Position numbers and translations under genes: made by a program. A stretch of DNA of 63,844 bases from Octopus bimaculoides (taxonomy: Eukaryota), in the NCBI RefSeq assembly GCF_001194135.2, contig NC_068988.1, forward strand, positions 6,268,993 through 6,332,836, read 5' to 3'. The notes below the pieces were generated by a model. That model saw only the letters and a list, made by a program, of their open reading frames with translations. It was not told the origin of the DNA and made no database searches. Shown here piece by piece: positions 25,518 to 37,690 of this stretch (its first letter is position 1; every line of letters starts with the position of its first letter).

Positions 25518-25994
25518 TGTATATACTTATATATACATACAACATATTTACATGTATATGTATGTGTGCATGCGTGTGGGTACGTGCGTGTGTGTGTATG
25601 TGTGTGTGTGTGAACGTGCACGCACATACATACTGATGTGTCATTTTTTAAAGCCCGGTGCTTATATTCCATCATTCTCTTTCGCCGGATCGCTAATTGT
25701 GAGGTCGTAAATAAACCAACAACGGATGAGAAACACATACAAGAGACGCACACAGACACACACACACATACACACACATACACACACACATATATATATA
25801 CATATAGATAAATAATAAAGATAGAACTTAATATAATTAATTAACATTAAATTAAACCAGTGGCTAGCATACTTAAAAAAAATGTCCGTGGATTATGAAT
25901 TATGTTACATAAATAAATAAGAGGAATGGCCACCAAGGTGGACTCCTAATATACTAGATAGGTATCGATATATAAATATAGATCTATGTACGAA

Positions 25995-26122
25995 ATCTAA
26001 TCACAAAACTTTGATCGGTCCGAGGCTGTAGAAGAAGGCACTTACCCAAGGTGCCAGGTAGTGGGACTGAACCCGGGTGCATGGGGTCTGGAAGCAAATT
26101 ATTTACTACACGACCACTCCTG
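25995..26122 (-). mobile_element. SINE family B, 5' half
   Basis: Reverse complement of the B head (ACCACTCCTGC end) and CORE-like part. Confidence 0.8.
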
Positions 26123-26224
26123 CACCCATATGTCTATTTATATGGCTATATGCTTTAACTTACATACAAACATACATATATATTTATATGTATACATATG
26201 TATGTGTGTGTGTATATGTATCTT

Positions 26225-26353
26225 GTTTAGCAGCCACACGGTTTCGGGTTCAGTCCCACTGCGTGGCACCTCGGGCCAGTATCTTCCACTATAGCCTTGG
26301 GCCGAGCAAAGCCTTGTGAGTGGATTTGGTAGATGGAAACTAAAAATCCGTCG
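26225..26353 (+). mobile_element. SINE family B, 5' half
   Basis: GGGTTCAGTCCCACTGCGTGGCACC...GGATTTGGTAGATGGAAAC. Confidence 0.85.
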
Positions 26354-27371
26354 TATATATATATATATATATATATATATATNNNNNNNNNNNNNNNNNN
26401 NNNNNNNNNNNNNNNNNNNNNNNNNNNNNNNNNNNNNNNNNNNNNNNNNNNNNNNNNNNNNNNNNNNNNNNNNNNNNNNNNNNNNNNNNNNNNNNNNNNN
26501 NNNNNNNNNNNNNNNNNNNNNNNNNNNNNNNNNNNNNNNNNNNNNNNNNNNNNNNNNNNNNNNNNNNNNNNNNNNNNNNNNNNNNNNNNNNNNNNNNNNN
26601 NNNNNNNNNNNNNNNNNNNNNNNNNNNNNNNNNNNNNNNNNNNNNNNNNNNNNNNNNNNNNNNNNNNNNNNNNNNNNNNNNNNNNNNNNNNNNNNNNNNN
26701 NNNNNNNNNNNNNNNNNNNNNNNNNNNNNNNNNNNNNNNNNNNNNNNNNNNNNNNNNNNNNNNNNNNNNNNNNNNNNNNNNNNNNNNNNNNNNNNNNNNN
26801 NNNNNNNNNNNNNNNNNNNNNNNNNNNNNNNNNNNNNNNNNNNNNNNNNNNNNNNNNNNNNNNNNNNNNNNNNNNNNNNNNNNNNNNNNNNNNNNNNNNN
26901 NNNNNNNNNNNNNNNNNNNNNNNNNNNNNNNNNNNNNNNNNNNNNNNNNNNNNNNNNNNNNNNNNNNNNNNNNNNNNNNNNNNNNNNNNNNNNNNNNNNN
27001 NNNNNNNNNNNNNNNNNNNNNNNNNNNNNNNNNNNNNNNNNNNNNNNNNNNNNNNNNNNNNNNNNNNNNNNNNNNNNNNNNNNNNNNNNNNNNNNNNNNN
27101 NNACCACCACCACTAACAACAACAACAACAACAACCCCCGACGCCATATTAAGTTGCACCCTCTCATTATACCACATATGTTGTATATCAGTTTCCATGC
27201 CCTAACATACGACTTACAAGTAATTTCGCTGTATAAATCATTATTTTGTGACATTTCAGTTCTATGTTGTTTCTGTGTCTCTTTTCCCTTCCTCTGTCGA
27301 TTCCAACCATTCTTGCATAGAAATACTTCCATATCTTTCTTTTATATTAATGCCTTACCATAATTACATCA

Positions 27372-27490
27372 AGGCGGAGAATTCGCAGAAATCGTAACAG
27401 CCTTGGGATAAAGTATACTTTGTGGTATCTGTTCCGAGTCTTTGATATCCAAGTTCAAATCACACCCAGGTCAACTTTGTTCTTTCGTTT
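27372..27490 (+). mobile_element. SINE family A, old diverged fragment
   Basis: GGCGGAGAATTCGCAGAAATCG head and AAGTTCAAATC...AGGTCAACTTTG. Confidence 0.55.
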
Positions 27491-27950
27491 TCTCTGTCGG
27501 ATTTGATTTATAAAAATACTTCTAAATACTTGAATAAATTCTTCTTTCTTCTCTTTCGTTGTTTTCCTTTCNNNNNNNNNNNNNNNNNNNNNNNNNNNNN
27601 NNNNNNNNNNNNNNNNNNNNNNNNNNNNNNNNNNNNNNNNNNNNNNNNNNNNNNNNNNNNNNNNNNNNNNNNNNNNNNNNNNNNNNNNNNNNNNNNNNNN
27701 NNNNNNNNNNNNNNNNNNNNNNNNNNNNNNNNNNNNNNNNNNNNNNNNNNNNNNNNNNNNNNNNNNNNNNNNNNNNNNNNNNNNNNNNNNNNNNNNNNNN
27801 NNNNNNNNNNNNNNNNNNNNNNNNNNNNNNNNNNNNNNNNNNNNNNNNNNNNNNNNNNNNNNNNNNNNNNNNNNNNNNNNNNNNNNNNNNNNNNNNNNNN
27901 NNNNNNNNNNNNNNNNNNNNNNNNNNNNNNNNNNNNNNNNNNNNNNNNNN

Positions 27951-28110
27951 ACCCTACACATTTTTCTCTCTTCGTTTTTCCCCCTCTTAATCCTTTCTGT
28001 CGAAGAGTGTACACTTGAAACGTCAAAAACGTTTCCATTCTACCCGACTGTCAAACTAACACACCTGGTTGCTGTTCCCTCACCTGTCTTCGTCTTTCCT
28101 TTTCTGTAAA
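27951..28110 (+). mobile_element. Diverged relative of the 1803-1997 element
   Basis: Same order: pyrimidine tract, hammerhead-like motif, CCGA..GTCA.ACTAA, CACCTGTC(C/T)TCGTCT. Confidence 0.6.
27992..28029 (+). ncRNA. Second minimal hammerhead-like motif, same variant core
   Basis: CCTTT-CTGTCGA-A-GAGTG-TA-CACTT-GAAAC-GTC-AAAAA: helix II differs in sequence from 1871-1907 yet still pairs; helix I reduced to 3 bp. Confidence 0.45.
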
Positions 28111-28129
28111 TTTGAAGTCTCTCACTCTC

Positions 28130-28173
<44 letters not shown>

Positions 28174-28214
28174 TCTACACACACAAACACACACACACAC
28201 ACATATTCTGAGAA

Positions 28215-28368
28215 TCTGCGAATTGGACAAGATGGCATCATGCAAGCATAGCTGTATGAGTAAGAACCTTGCTTTGCAGTCACGTGGTTTCAGAATGGCC
28301 AATGATTTTTCAATGAATTCGGTAGACAGAAACTGTGGAAGCCCGTCATATAAATGTGTATATATACA

Positions 28369-28403
<35 letters not shown>

Positions 28404-28610
28404 ATGTACGTGCATCCTTATATTTGACTCACCCATCACTTGACGACCGGTGTCAGTTTGTTTATGTCCGTGTAACCGTGTGGTTTTGTCTAAAGGGACC
28501 GATGGAATATGTACTATGCTTAAAAATGACAAAAGTAGAGTCGATTTATTTCACTAAATTTTTCAGGATGGTGTCCCAGTATGGTGCAAGCTCTGTGACT
28601 AAAACCGTAT
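28215..28610 (+). mobile_element. SINE family B, diverged, with internal (TG)n
   Basis: GAATTCGGTAGACAGAAACTGTGGAAGCCCGTC and 3' half GGGACCGATGGAATATGTACTA. Confidence 0.7.
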
Positions 28611-28611
28611 G

Positions 28612-29127
28612 TAGGGTGGCCCCAAAACAGATTTACAGTTATTCAACTATCTTTTTCGCAAAAGTTTAGAACCGTTCTTTGAGCAAGCTGGAGCACCTCC
28701 AAATTATGCGCTGATAGTATGAGACTACCTTAACCACAGCGTTGGTTTGGAAAGCCGGGGCAGCATCGAATGGCCACCACGTTCACCTGACCTGACACCA
28801 ATGGATTTCTTCTTTTTAATGTGTTGTAAAGAACAAGGTTTAAGAGAAGAATCCCCAAACAGTAAATGAATTAAAAGACGCATTCAATGAAATTGATGGA
28901 GATCGGAATTTGTGTTGCACTGTATGTCAGAGTGTTCTGAAGAATCTTGAAGAATTGGCCAATGTTGAAAGAGGACATTTTGAGCATCTGGGAGATTAAA
29001 CATTGTCTGTTTCAGATGTGCATAAACAATATAGTTGTAAGATAGAAATTTAAATGTAATAAAATGTTTGAAAAGAAATTTTTAAATGCCTTCGTGATAA
29101 CTGTAAACCTGCTTTTGAACCACCCTG
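28612..29127 (+). mobile_element. Internally deleted Tc1/mariner DD41D (rosa-like) element with both TIRs
   Basis: About 34-bp TIRs (TAGGGTGGCCCCAAAACAGATTTACAGTTAT vs CAGGGTGGTTCAAAAGCAGGTTTACAGTTAT); right flank TA; frameshifted catalytic C-terminus GAPPNYALIV...RGSIEWPPRSPDLTPMDFFF...GHFEHL. Confidence 0.8.
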
Positions 29128-29903
29128 TATGTTAACACACATACACACACACGCACACACACACACACACACACNNNNNNNNNNNNNNNNNNNNNNNNNN
29201 NNNNNNNNNNNNNNNNNNNNNNNNNNNNNNNNNNNNNNNNNNNNNNNNNNNNNNNNNNNNNNNNNNNNNNNNNNNNNNNNNNNNNNNNNNNNNNNNNNNN
29301 NNNNNNNNNNNNNNNNNNNNNNNNNNNNNNNNNNNNNNNNNNNNNNNNNNNNNNNNNNNNNNNNNNNNNNNNNNNNNNNNNNNNNNNNNNNNNNNNNNNN
29401 NNNNNNNNNNNNNNNNNNNNNNNNNNNNNNNNNNNNNNNNNNNNNNNNNNNNNNNNNNNNNNNNNNNNNNNNNNNNNNNNNNNNNNNNNNNNNNNNNNNN
29501 NNNNNNNNNNNNNNNNNNNNNNNNNNNNNNNNNNNNNNNNNNNNNNNNNNNNNNNNNNNNNNNNNNNNNNNNNNNNNNNNNNNNNNNNNNNNNNNNNNNN
29601 NNNNNNNNNNNNNNNNNNNNNNNNNNNNNNNNNNNNNNNNNNNNNNNNNNNNNNNNNNNNNNNNNNNNNNNNNNNNNNNNNNNNNNNNNNNNNNNNNNNN
29701 NNNNNNNNNNNNNNNNNNNNNNNNNNNNNNNNNNNNNNNNNNNNNNNNNNNNNNNNNNNNNNNNNNNNNNNNNNNNNNNNNNNNNNNNNNNNNNNNNNNN
29801 NNNNNNNNNNNNNNNNNNNNNNNNNNNNNNNNNNNNNNNNNNNNNNNNNNNNNNNNNNNNNNNNNNNNNNNNNNNNNNNNNNNNNNTATATATATACATA
29901 CGT

Positions 29904-29937
<34 letters not shown>

Positions 29938-29938
<1 letters not shown>

Positions 29939-30004
29939 CTAATATATACTTTTGTTATTTACACCACCTGTCCTCGTCTGTTGTTATTATTTGTATATTC
30001 TCCC
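29938..30004 (+). mobile_element. 5'-truncated copy of the 1803-1997 element in (TA)n
   Basis: 67 bp with one mismatch to 1931-1997, (TA)n on both sides. Confidence 0.85.
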
Positions 30005-31748
30005 ATATATATACATATATGAGTACATACAAATTTACATACATACAAAGACACATACGTAAGTGTATATACATATATATTAATATATTTGTATGTGTAT
30101 ATATATATATAAAATATATAAATACTTGCATACATATATATATATATCTATATTCATAAATATATATATATAAAACTGATACATACACTCATATGTATGT
30201 ATGAATGTATGTATGTATGTGTGTTTGTATGTATGTATATACGTAGGAAAGTAGGTATTTATGAAAGTACGTACGTATATCTTTACATCTTTCATTAACC
30301 GAATAAGCGATACGTAAATGTTCAATTGCTGAAAAATGTCTGATTCTTTAAAAGAATTTCCGTTTATTTCCTTTGATATTTCGTTCCTTTTATTTATCTC
30401 CTTATTCATATATTTCTCCACTCATATATATGTGTGTGAGTGTGTATGTGCATGTGTGTGCGTGTGTGCGTGTATTTATTTACATATTTTTTCTCCCCCC
30501 ACCGATTTCCTTCAAGATGTGATGTTACTAAATCGATTCACATTAGGGTCTGTTACATTTATTTGAGATTGGCCATAAATTAAAAGAATATGCCAGTTCC
30601 TCAGATATTAATTTTAGATTATTAAGTTTAGATTAATTTATTGCAGTTTATGATTTATCGTTTTAGAAACAAGGAAAAAAAAATAAAAGAAGCGATATAT
30701 TATATAAAGGAAAAACGAAATATTTGGGAAACGAAATATAAATAAATAAATAGANNNNNNNNNNNNNNNNNNNNNNNNNNNNNNNNNNNNNNNNNNNNNN
30801 NNNNNNNNNNNNNNNNNNNNNNNNNNNNNNNNNNNNNNNNNNNNNNNNNNNNNNNNNNNNNNNNNNNNNNNNNNNNNNNNNNNNNNNNNNNNNNNNNNNN
30901 NNNNNNNNNNNNNNNNNNNNNNNNNNNNNNNNNNNNNNNNNNNNNNNNNNNNNNNNNNNNNNNNNNNNNNNNNNNNNNNNNNNNNNNNNNNNNNNNNNNN
31001 NNNNNNNNNNNNNNNNNNNNNNNNNNNNNNNNNNNNNNNNNNNNNNNNNNNNNNNNNNNNNNNNNNNNNNNNNNNNNNNNNNNNNNNNNNNNNNNNNNNN
31101 NNNNNNNNNNNNNNNNNNNNNNNNNNNNNNNNNNNNNNNNNNNNNNNNNNNNNNNNNNNNNNNNNNNNNNNNNNNNNNNNNNNNNNNNNNNNCCCCAAAA
31201 ATTGGAAAAAAAAAAAAACGAAAAAATAAACAAAGACAAAGAATATAATTTAATTTTGAAATTCTTTCAGTTTCACAAGTAGAAAAATGGTAAAATGTTC
31301 TGAAATGGAATGGAATGGTTCTGGTTCTTTCTAGAGTTAAAACATTAAAGAATATTGAATTTGAAGAATTTTAATTTATAAACACTCCTGTAGCTGGCTC
31401 TGTCGGTAGCACCTGTTTATGTCTTCCGAGAGGTGCAGGGTCAAATCTGTGTGGGGGAAGGGGTGGGGATAGTAACGGAAAACATTATTTCTGAGGATGG
31501 ATTAGCAAACATTGTAGGGAGCATTTGAAACTGCTTTGTGGTGTTATCTGGTTACGTTGCTTTGTGTTGCGTGTTCAAGTCCCGTCGAGGACAACGTTAT
31601 CTGTTCTCTTTGGTCGACAAAATTAACTATCAAATATACTCAGATACACACACACATACACACACACGCACACACACACATACACACGCACACACACACA
31701 TACATATGTATGTATATAATATATGCATATATGTACATATATATAAAT

Positions 31749-31780
<32 letters not shown>

Positions 31781-31788
31781 ACAGTAAA

Positions 31789-32105
31789 GGTGCATGGCTC
31801 AGTGGTTAGAGAGCCGGGCTTAAATTCATGAGGTAATGAGTTCGATTCCTAAACAGGGCTGTGTGTTGTGTTCTTGAGCAAGACACTTTATTTCACGTTG
31901 CTCCAGTTAACTCAGCTGTAGAAATGAGTTGCGACGCCAGAGGTGCTAAGCTGTATCGACCTCTTTGCCTTTCCCTTGGATATCATCAGTGACATAGTGA
32001 AGGAAGGCTGGTATGCATGGGCGATTAATGGTCTTCCACAAACAACCTTGCCCGGCTTGTTCCTTGGAGGGTAACTTTCTAGGCGCAATCCTATGGTCAT
32101 TCGTG
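31789..32105 (+). mobile_element. SINE family C, full length
   Basis: Co-linear with 13693-14008. Confidence 0.9.
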
Positions 32106-32126
32106 CTTGTTTTTTAAAACATTAAT

Positions 32127-32300
32127 GATCGTAAGATTGTGGTTTAGATTCCTGGACCGGACGACGCGTTGAGTTCTTGAGCAAAACACTTCATTTCACG
32201 TTGCTCCAGTCCACACAGCTGGCAAAAATGAGTCACGCTGCGATGGACTGGCGTCCTGTCCAGCTGGAGAACACATACCCCATAGAAACCGGGAAACCGA
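32127..32300 (+). mobile_element. SINE family C subfamily with alternative 3' region
   Basis: Shares TTCTTGAGCAAAACACTTCATTTCACGTTGCTCCAG, then matches 62301-62543. Confidence 0.8.
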
Positions 32301-32781
32301 TGATACAGTCCATCTAGTGAGAGATATAAATAATTTAATATACACAGTAGTTAAAAACAGCAACCAATTGTTTCATGCCGTAGAGACACAATAATTCGGC
32401 AGATTTCTATATCGCACCATACGTCTACAAGCAATGTTTCAGACTCAGTGCATACCATTAATCCTATTTGAAGACCGGGACGCTGGTCTGTGAGAAAACA
32501 CAGGAAAAAACGAGACCTTTGATGCAAAAGTGGAACGAGAAAAAAGTAAGAAAACCATATATATGTACATATACGTATGTGTATGTATATGTACGCGTGG
32601 ATGTTTGTGTTGTTGTTGCAGTAGATATACATGTGTGCGTGTGAGAGTATGCGTGTGTATGTATGTATGTGTGTGTATGTATGCATGTATGTATGCATCT
32701 ATGTATGTGTATGTATGTGTGTATGTATGAATGTTTGTATGTATGTGTGTGTGTATGTATGTATGTATGCATGTATGTACG

Positions 32782-33262
32782 CCATTATTCAGCTTTATTA
32801 CAAGATTTCTTGCCAATAGAGAAAGAGCCGGTTTCTAACCTAGATCTAAGGCTCCCTCATTGGAATTTTAACCTCAACAACTGGGTACCTTTGTTTGTAT
32901 ATATGTATGTATGTGCAGATTCGTATGTTTTGTGTATGTCTTTATGTATGTATTCTCGTGCATATAGTTCCCTATCTAGACATGCTCATATATATTTAAA
33001 TGATATACTTCTGGGAAGTTTTACAGATTTTTACAGTTCCAGTAATAGATTGGATCTGTAGTCTTCAAATTAGTTCTTTCCTTTCTGGTTTTGAGAAGCC
33101 TAATTTCTCAAGATTGGTATTTAGGCAATGTGTTACATATCCCAGGGCCCCTATAATTACAGGTATCAACCTGAACTTGTAATCTGGATAGAATAACTGG
33201 AGATTCCTCAATAGTTCAGCCTAGATATTCTCTTTTTCACTGATCTTCAGCTTGATGTGAGC
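32782..33262 (-). mobile_element. RLE-type non-LTR retrotransposon 3' end (pseudogenised C-terminus, 3' UTR, (CATA)n tail)
   Basis: Translation KISEKENI*AELLRNLQLFYPDYKFRLIPVIIGALGYV...QIQSITGTVKICKT; the IPVIIGALG motif is typical of RLE LINE C-termini; two in-frame stops. Confidence 0.75.
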
Positions 33263-33295
<33 letters not shown>

Positions 33296-33325
33296 TGTAT
33301 GTATGTATGTATGTATGTATGTATG

Positions 33326-33520
33326 TTATCAATCAGTTTCATTTCTGTATTTCTTGTCCATAGAGAAAGAGCCGGACTCTAACATAGATTCAAGGCTCCT
33401 TCATTGGAACTTTTATCAACATCATCTTTGTATTTGTGCATATGTGTGTGTGTGTGTGTGCAGTATTTGGTGTGAGTGTATGCGCAGATTTGTATGTTTG
33501 TTTTATGGATGCGCTTATGT
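33326..33520 (-). mobile_element. Second 3' UTR copy of the same RLE LINE family
   Basis: ATAGAGAAAGAGCCGG.CTCTAAC.TAGAT.CAAGGCTCC.TCATTGGAA shared with 32810-32870. Confidence 0.75.
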
Positions 33521-34209
33521 ATGTATGTATGTGTGTATGTATGTGTATGTAAGCGTATATGTATGAATTCTAAAGACTTTCTGTCTCCTGATAATGATAA
33601 TGTCGTAAGACAGTTGCTATGTGTGACTTATTTTGAACTTGAAACTGGAAGCACTTGGTTGTGAACAAACTCAATTACGCTGCCATGTTTTAAGTTTTAG
33701 AAAGAAGATAAACAAAGAAAAAAAAATATCCAGAACACCAATGTTTTCATTCATTCTACGCACGAGTGTCTTGTAATATAACCTCAGATTACACTAGTTC
33801 TTTGTCAAAATGGACTATGCATCATAGATCATTAAGAGACATGTGACATTATCAAAAATCAATGCAAGGAAGCCTGCTTTGAACTATCAAAGATCAATAT
33901 CTTAACTATAGCGAGAATGTTTCTCCAGTCAACCAGAAAGCAATATCAACAATTTATAAATTCGCATAACCGCCATTGTTATGACGATCCAACATCAAGG
34001 GTTCCACATGACCATAAGATTTGCTAAAAATAACAGCAGTCTCTTGCAATTGGCAATGATAAAAGACGATTGTTCTATGAGCTGTATTGTAGACTCGAAG
34101 TTTGTTGTATGTGGTTGTGAAAAAGACCACAAAATAAAGTCGATAATTAAAGACACTAAAGAAACGTTGAAAATACCAACTCTGTGGAACCTTATTTCAC
34201 AAGGACGCG

Positions 34210-34214
<5 letters not shown>

Positions 34215-34292
<78 letters not shown>
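34215..34292. repeat. (GA)n microsatellite running into a gap
   Basis: Directly visible. Confidence 0.95.
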
Positions 34293-35758
34293 NNNNNNNN
34301 NNNNNNNNNNNNNNNNNNNNNNNNNNNNNNNNNNNNNNNNNNNNNNNNNNNNNNNNNNNNNNNNNNNNNNNNNNNNNNNNNNNNNNNNNNNNNNNNNNNN
34401 NNNNNNNNNNNNNNNNNNNNNNNNNNNNNNNNNNNNNNNNNNNNNNNNNNNNNNNNNNNNNNNNNNNNNNNNNNNNNNNNNNNNNNNNNNNNNNNNNNNN
34501 NNNNNNNNNNNNNNNNNNNNNNNNNNNNNNNNNNNNNNNNNNNNNNNNNNNNNNNNNNNNNNNNNNNNNNNNNNNNNNNNNNNNNNNNNNNNNNNNNNNN
34601 NNNNNNNNNNNNNNNNNNNNNNNNNNNNNNNNNNNNNNNNNNNNNNNNNNNNNNNNNNNNNNNNNNNNNNNNNNNNNNNNNNNNNNNNNNNNNNNNNNNN
34701 NNNNNNNNNNNNNNNNNNNNNNNNNNNNNNNNNNNNNNNNNNNNNNNNNNNNNNNNNNNNNNNNNNNNNNNNNNNNNNNNNNNNNNNNNNNNNNNNNNNN
34801 NNNNNNNNNNNNNNNNNNNNNNNNNNNNNNNNNNNNNNNNNNNNNNNNNNNNNNNNNNNNNNNNNNNNNNNNNNNNNNNNNNNNNNNNNNNNNNNNNNNN
34901 NNNNNNNNNNNNNNNNNNNNNNNNNNNNNNNNNNNNNNNNNNNNNNNNNNNNNNNNNNNNNNNNNNNNNNNNNNNNNNNNNNNNNNNNNNNNNNNNNNNN
35001 NNNNNNNNNNNNNNNNNNNNNNNNNNNNNNNNNNNNNNNNNNNNNNNNNNNNNNNNNNNNNNNNNNNNNNNNNNNNNNNNNNNNNNNNNNNNAATTGAAA
35101 AATCATAGGAATCTCCATAATCGATTTCTCTGCTCCCTACATAGCCAGACCAGTTCAATAGAGAGAGCATACTCTAATTATTCCGATATTTCTAACAAAA
35201 CTGTTTGATTTGTTCGTCTAATAAAAGTTTGATTTTGTGTCAGAGACAAAAGCAGGCTTTTAGAAACTTGTGTAAACTTCTGGTTCTCGTGAAAGTAGCC
35301 ATATTGAAGGAGCTCATGCCGCTCGTCTGTCTTAGGCTGTCTGATGTTGTTAACGGAAATTATTATTTAACTCTCTCAAGAACGCTGTATGAGGTCTTCA
35401 CAAGTGAAACTAGCTTGTAGACAAAATAGAAAGAGGTATGCATGTAAATGTGTATGTATCTTTGTATGTATGTATGTATATACGTATGTATGTATGTATG
35501 TGCGTGTATGTTTGTGCATGTATGTTTTTATGTATGTATATACGTCTGTATCTATGCACGTCTGTATGTAGGTGCGGAGGCATGTATGTATGTATGTATG
35601 TATGTATGTATGTATTTATGGATGTATACGTTATATGCACATACACAGAAACCCCCACACACGTACACAAATACACACATACACACATACACGCACACAT
35701 ATATTTCTACACAAAAACACAGATCCATTTTACATACACAGAAGCACACATCTATATA

Positions 35759-35799
<41 letters not shown>

Positions 35800-37083
35800 C
35801 TATACACTCATACACACGAAGACACAAACACAGACACATATATTCGTATGTCCGTGTGTATTTGTGTTTATGTCTGGCTGAGTGTATGTACGTATATCTT
35901 GTAGTGTTGATCAGCCCATTAAAAACCATGAAAATATTCCCCAATGGAAAACCTCAATGCATTTGGTAGACTAGAATGCATTGATTATAGCAGACTGGTT
36001 AAGATTTAAGTTACGTTTTTAAATAGCAGAATATTGTTGCTTGTATGTCGTGGATTTTTTTGTCTAATTATATATATATATATGTAGTCCAAAAGTCTAC
36101 GGACGCCGCTGTATGTATATATATATATATATATATATNNNNNNNNNNNNNNNNNNNNNNNNNNNNNNNNNNNNNNNNNNNNNNNNNNNNNNNNNNNNNN
36201 NNNNNNNNNNNNNNNNNNNNNNNNNNNNNNNNNNNNNNNNNNNNNNNNNNNNNNNNNNNNNNNNNNNNNNNNNNNNNNNNNNNNNNNNNNNNNNNNNNNN
36301 NNNNNNNNNNNNNNNNNNNNNNNNNNNNNNNNNNNNNNNNNNNNNNNNNNNNNNNNNNNNNNNNNNNNNNNNNNNNNNNNNNNNNNNNNNNNNNNNNNNN
36401 NNNNNNNNNNNNNNNNNNNNNNNNNNNNNNNNNNNNNNNNNNNNNNNNNNNNNNNNNNNNNNNNNNNNNNNNNNNNNNNNNNNNNNNNNNNNNNNNNNNN
36501 NNNNNNNNNNNNNNNNNNNNNNNNNNNNNNNNNNNNNNNNNNNNNNNNNNNNNNNNNNNNNNNNNNNNNNNNNNNNNNNNNNNNNNNNNNNNNNNNNNNN
36601 NNNNNNNNNNNNNNNNNNNNNNNNNNNNNNNNNNNNNNNNNNNNNNNNNNNNNNNNNNNNNNNNNNNNNNNNNNNNNNNNNNNNNNNNNNNNNNNNNNNN
36701 NNNNNNNNNNNNNNNNNNNNNNNNNNNNNNNNNNNNNNNNNNNNNNNNNNNNNNNNNNNNNNNNNNNNNNNNNNNNNNNNNNNNNNNNNNNNNNNNNNNN
36801 NNNNNNNNNNNNNNNNNNNNNNNNNNNNNNNNNNNNNNNNNNNNNNNNNNNNNNNNNNNNNNNNNNNNNNNNNNNNNNNNNNNNNNNNNNNNNNNNNNNN
36901 NNNNNNNNNNNNNNNNNNNNNNNNNNNNNNNNNNNNNNNNNNNNNNNNNNNNNNNNNNNNNNNNNNNNNNNNNNNNNNNNNNNNNNNNNNNNNNNNNNNN
37001 NNNNNNNNNNNNNNNNNNNNNNNNNNNNNNNNNNNNNNNNNNNNNNNNNNNNNNNNNNNNNNNNNNNNNNNNNNNNNNNNNNN

Positions 37084-37127
<44 letters not shown>

Positions 37128-37180
37128 AGACTGAGCAAAAGAGCTTATATCTTTAGTTTGCTTCATTCGTTAGGTATTAA

Positions 37181-37311
37181 GGTTATCGCTAGAGATAATC
37201 TATAGAAATTGTATCCAGCACTTATATTGCTCCGAAGTTTCATATCCGAGACATCTCGAAACAAAATCAGAGATGGCGATATATTTCTGTTGAGAACCTC
37301 TAGAGATAACC
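37181..37311. mobile_element. 131-bp MITE-like element with about 30-bp TIRs and TTAA/GTAA flanks (Kolobok-like?)
   Basis: GGTTATCGCTAGAG...AGAAAT inverted against ATTTCT...CTCTAGAGATAACC. Confidence 0.45.
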
Positions 37312-37429
37312 GTAACGAGTGATGTGGAGCACACTACTTACACAGTTGTACTCGGTATTGACATATAAAAAGCGATTAATGTGCCTTGTAGCATATTATG
37401 TTTGCATAACGAAACACCGTGTACCTACA

Positions 37430-37625
37430 AGTCATTAATCATTCATTAGACAGCAGCCATATTGGGGCACCGCCTTGAAGGTCTTTTTAGTCGAATTAAT
37501 CGACCGTAGTACTTTCTTTCTTTGTTTAAATGTCTGGTACTCATTCAAGTCGGTTTCTTTGCGGGAACGCTAAGTTACGGAGGACATACGCACACCAACG
37601 CTGACTGTCAAGTCGTGATGGTGCA
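37430..37625 (-). mobile_element. SINE family B, 3' half
   Basis: GCCATATTGGGGCACCGCCTTGAAGG and GAACGCTAAGTTACG motifs. Confidence 0.7.
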
Positions 37626-37650
37626 CACACGCACACACACACGCACACAG

Positions 37651-37690
<40 letters not shown>

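Noticed and set aside
33820-34210. Unique-looking segment with a partial ORF (33981 onward)
   Set aside because: No recognisable motif in any frame; the ORF length comes from (GA)n and the gap.
35365-35420. CTGTATGAG...GAAACTAGCTTGTA hammerhead-like string
   Set aside because: The core has an insertion, and helices I and II do not pair.
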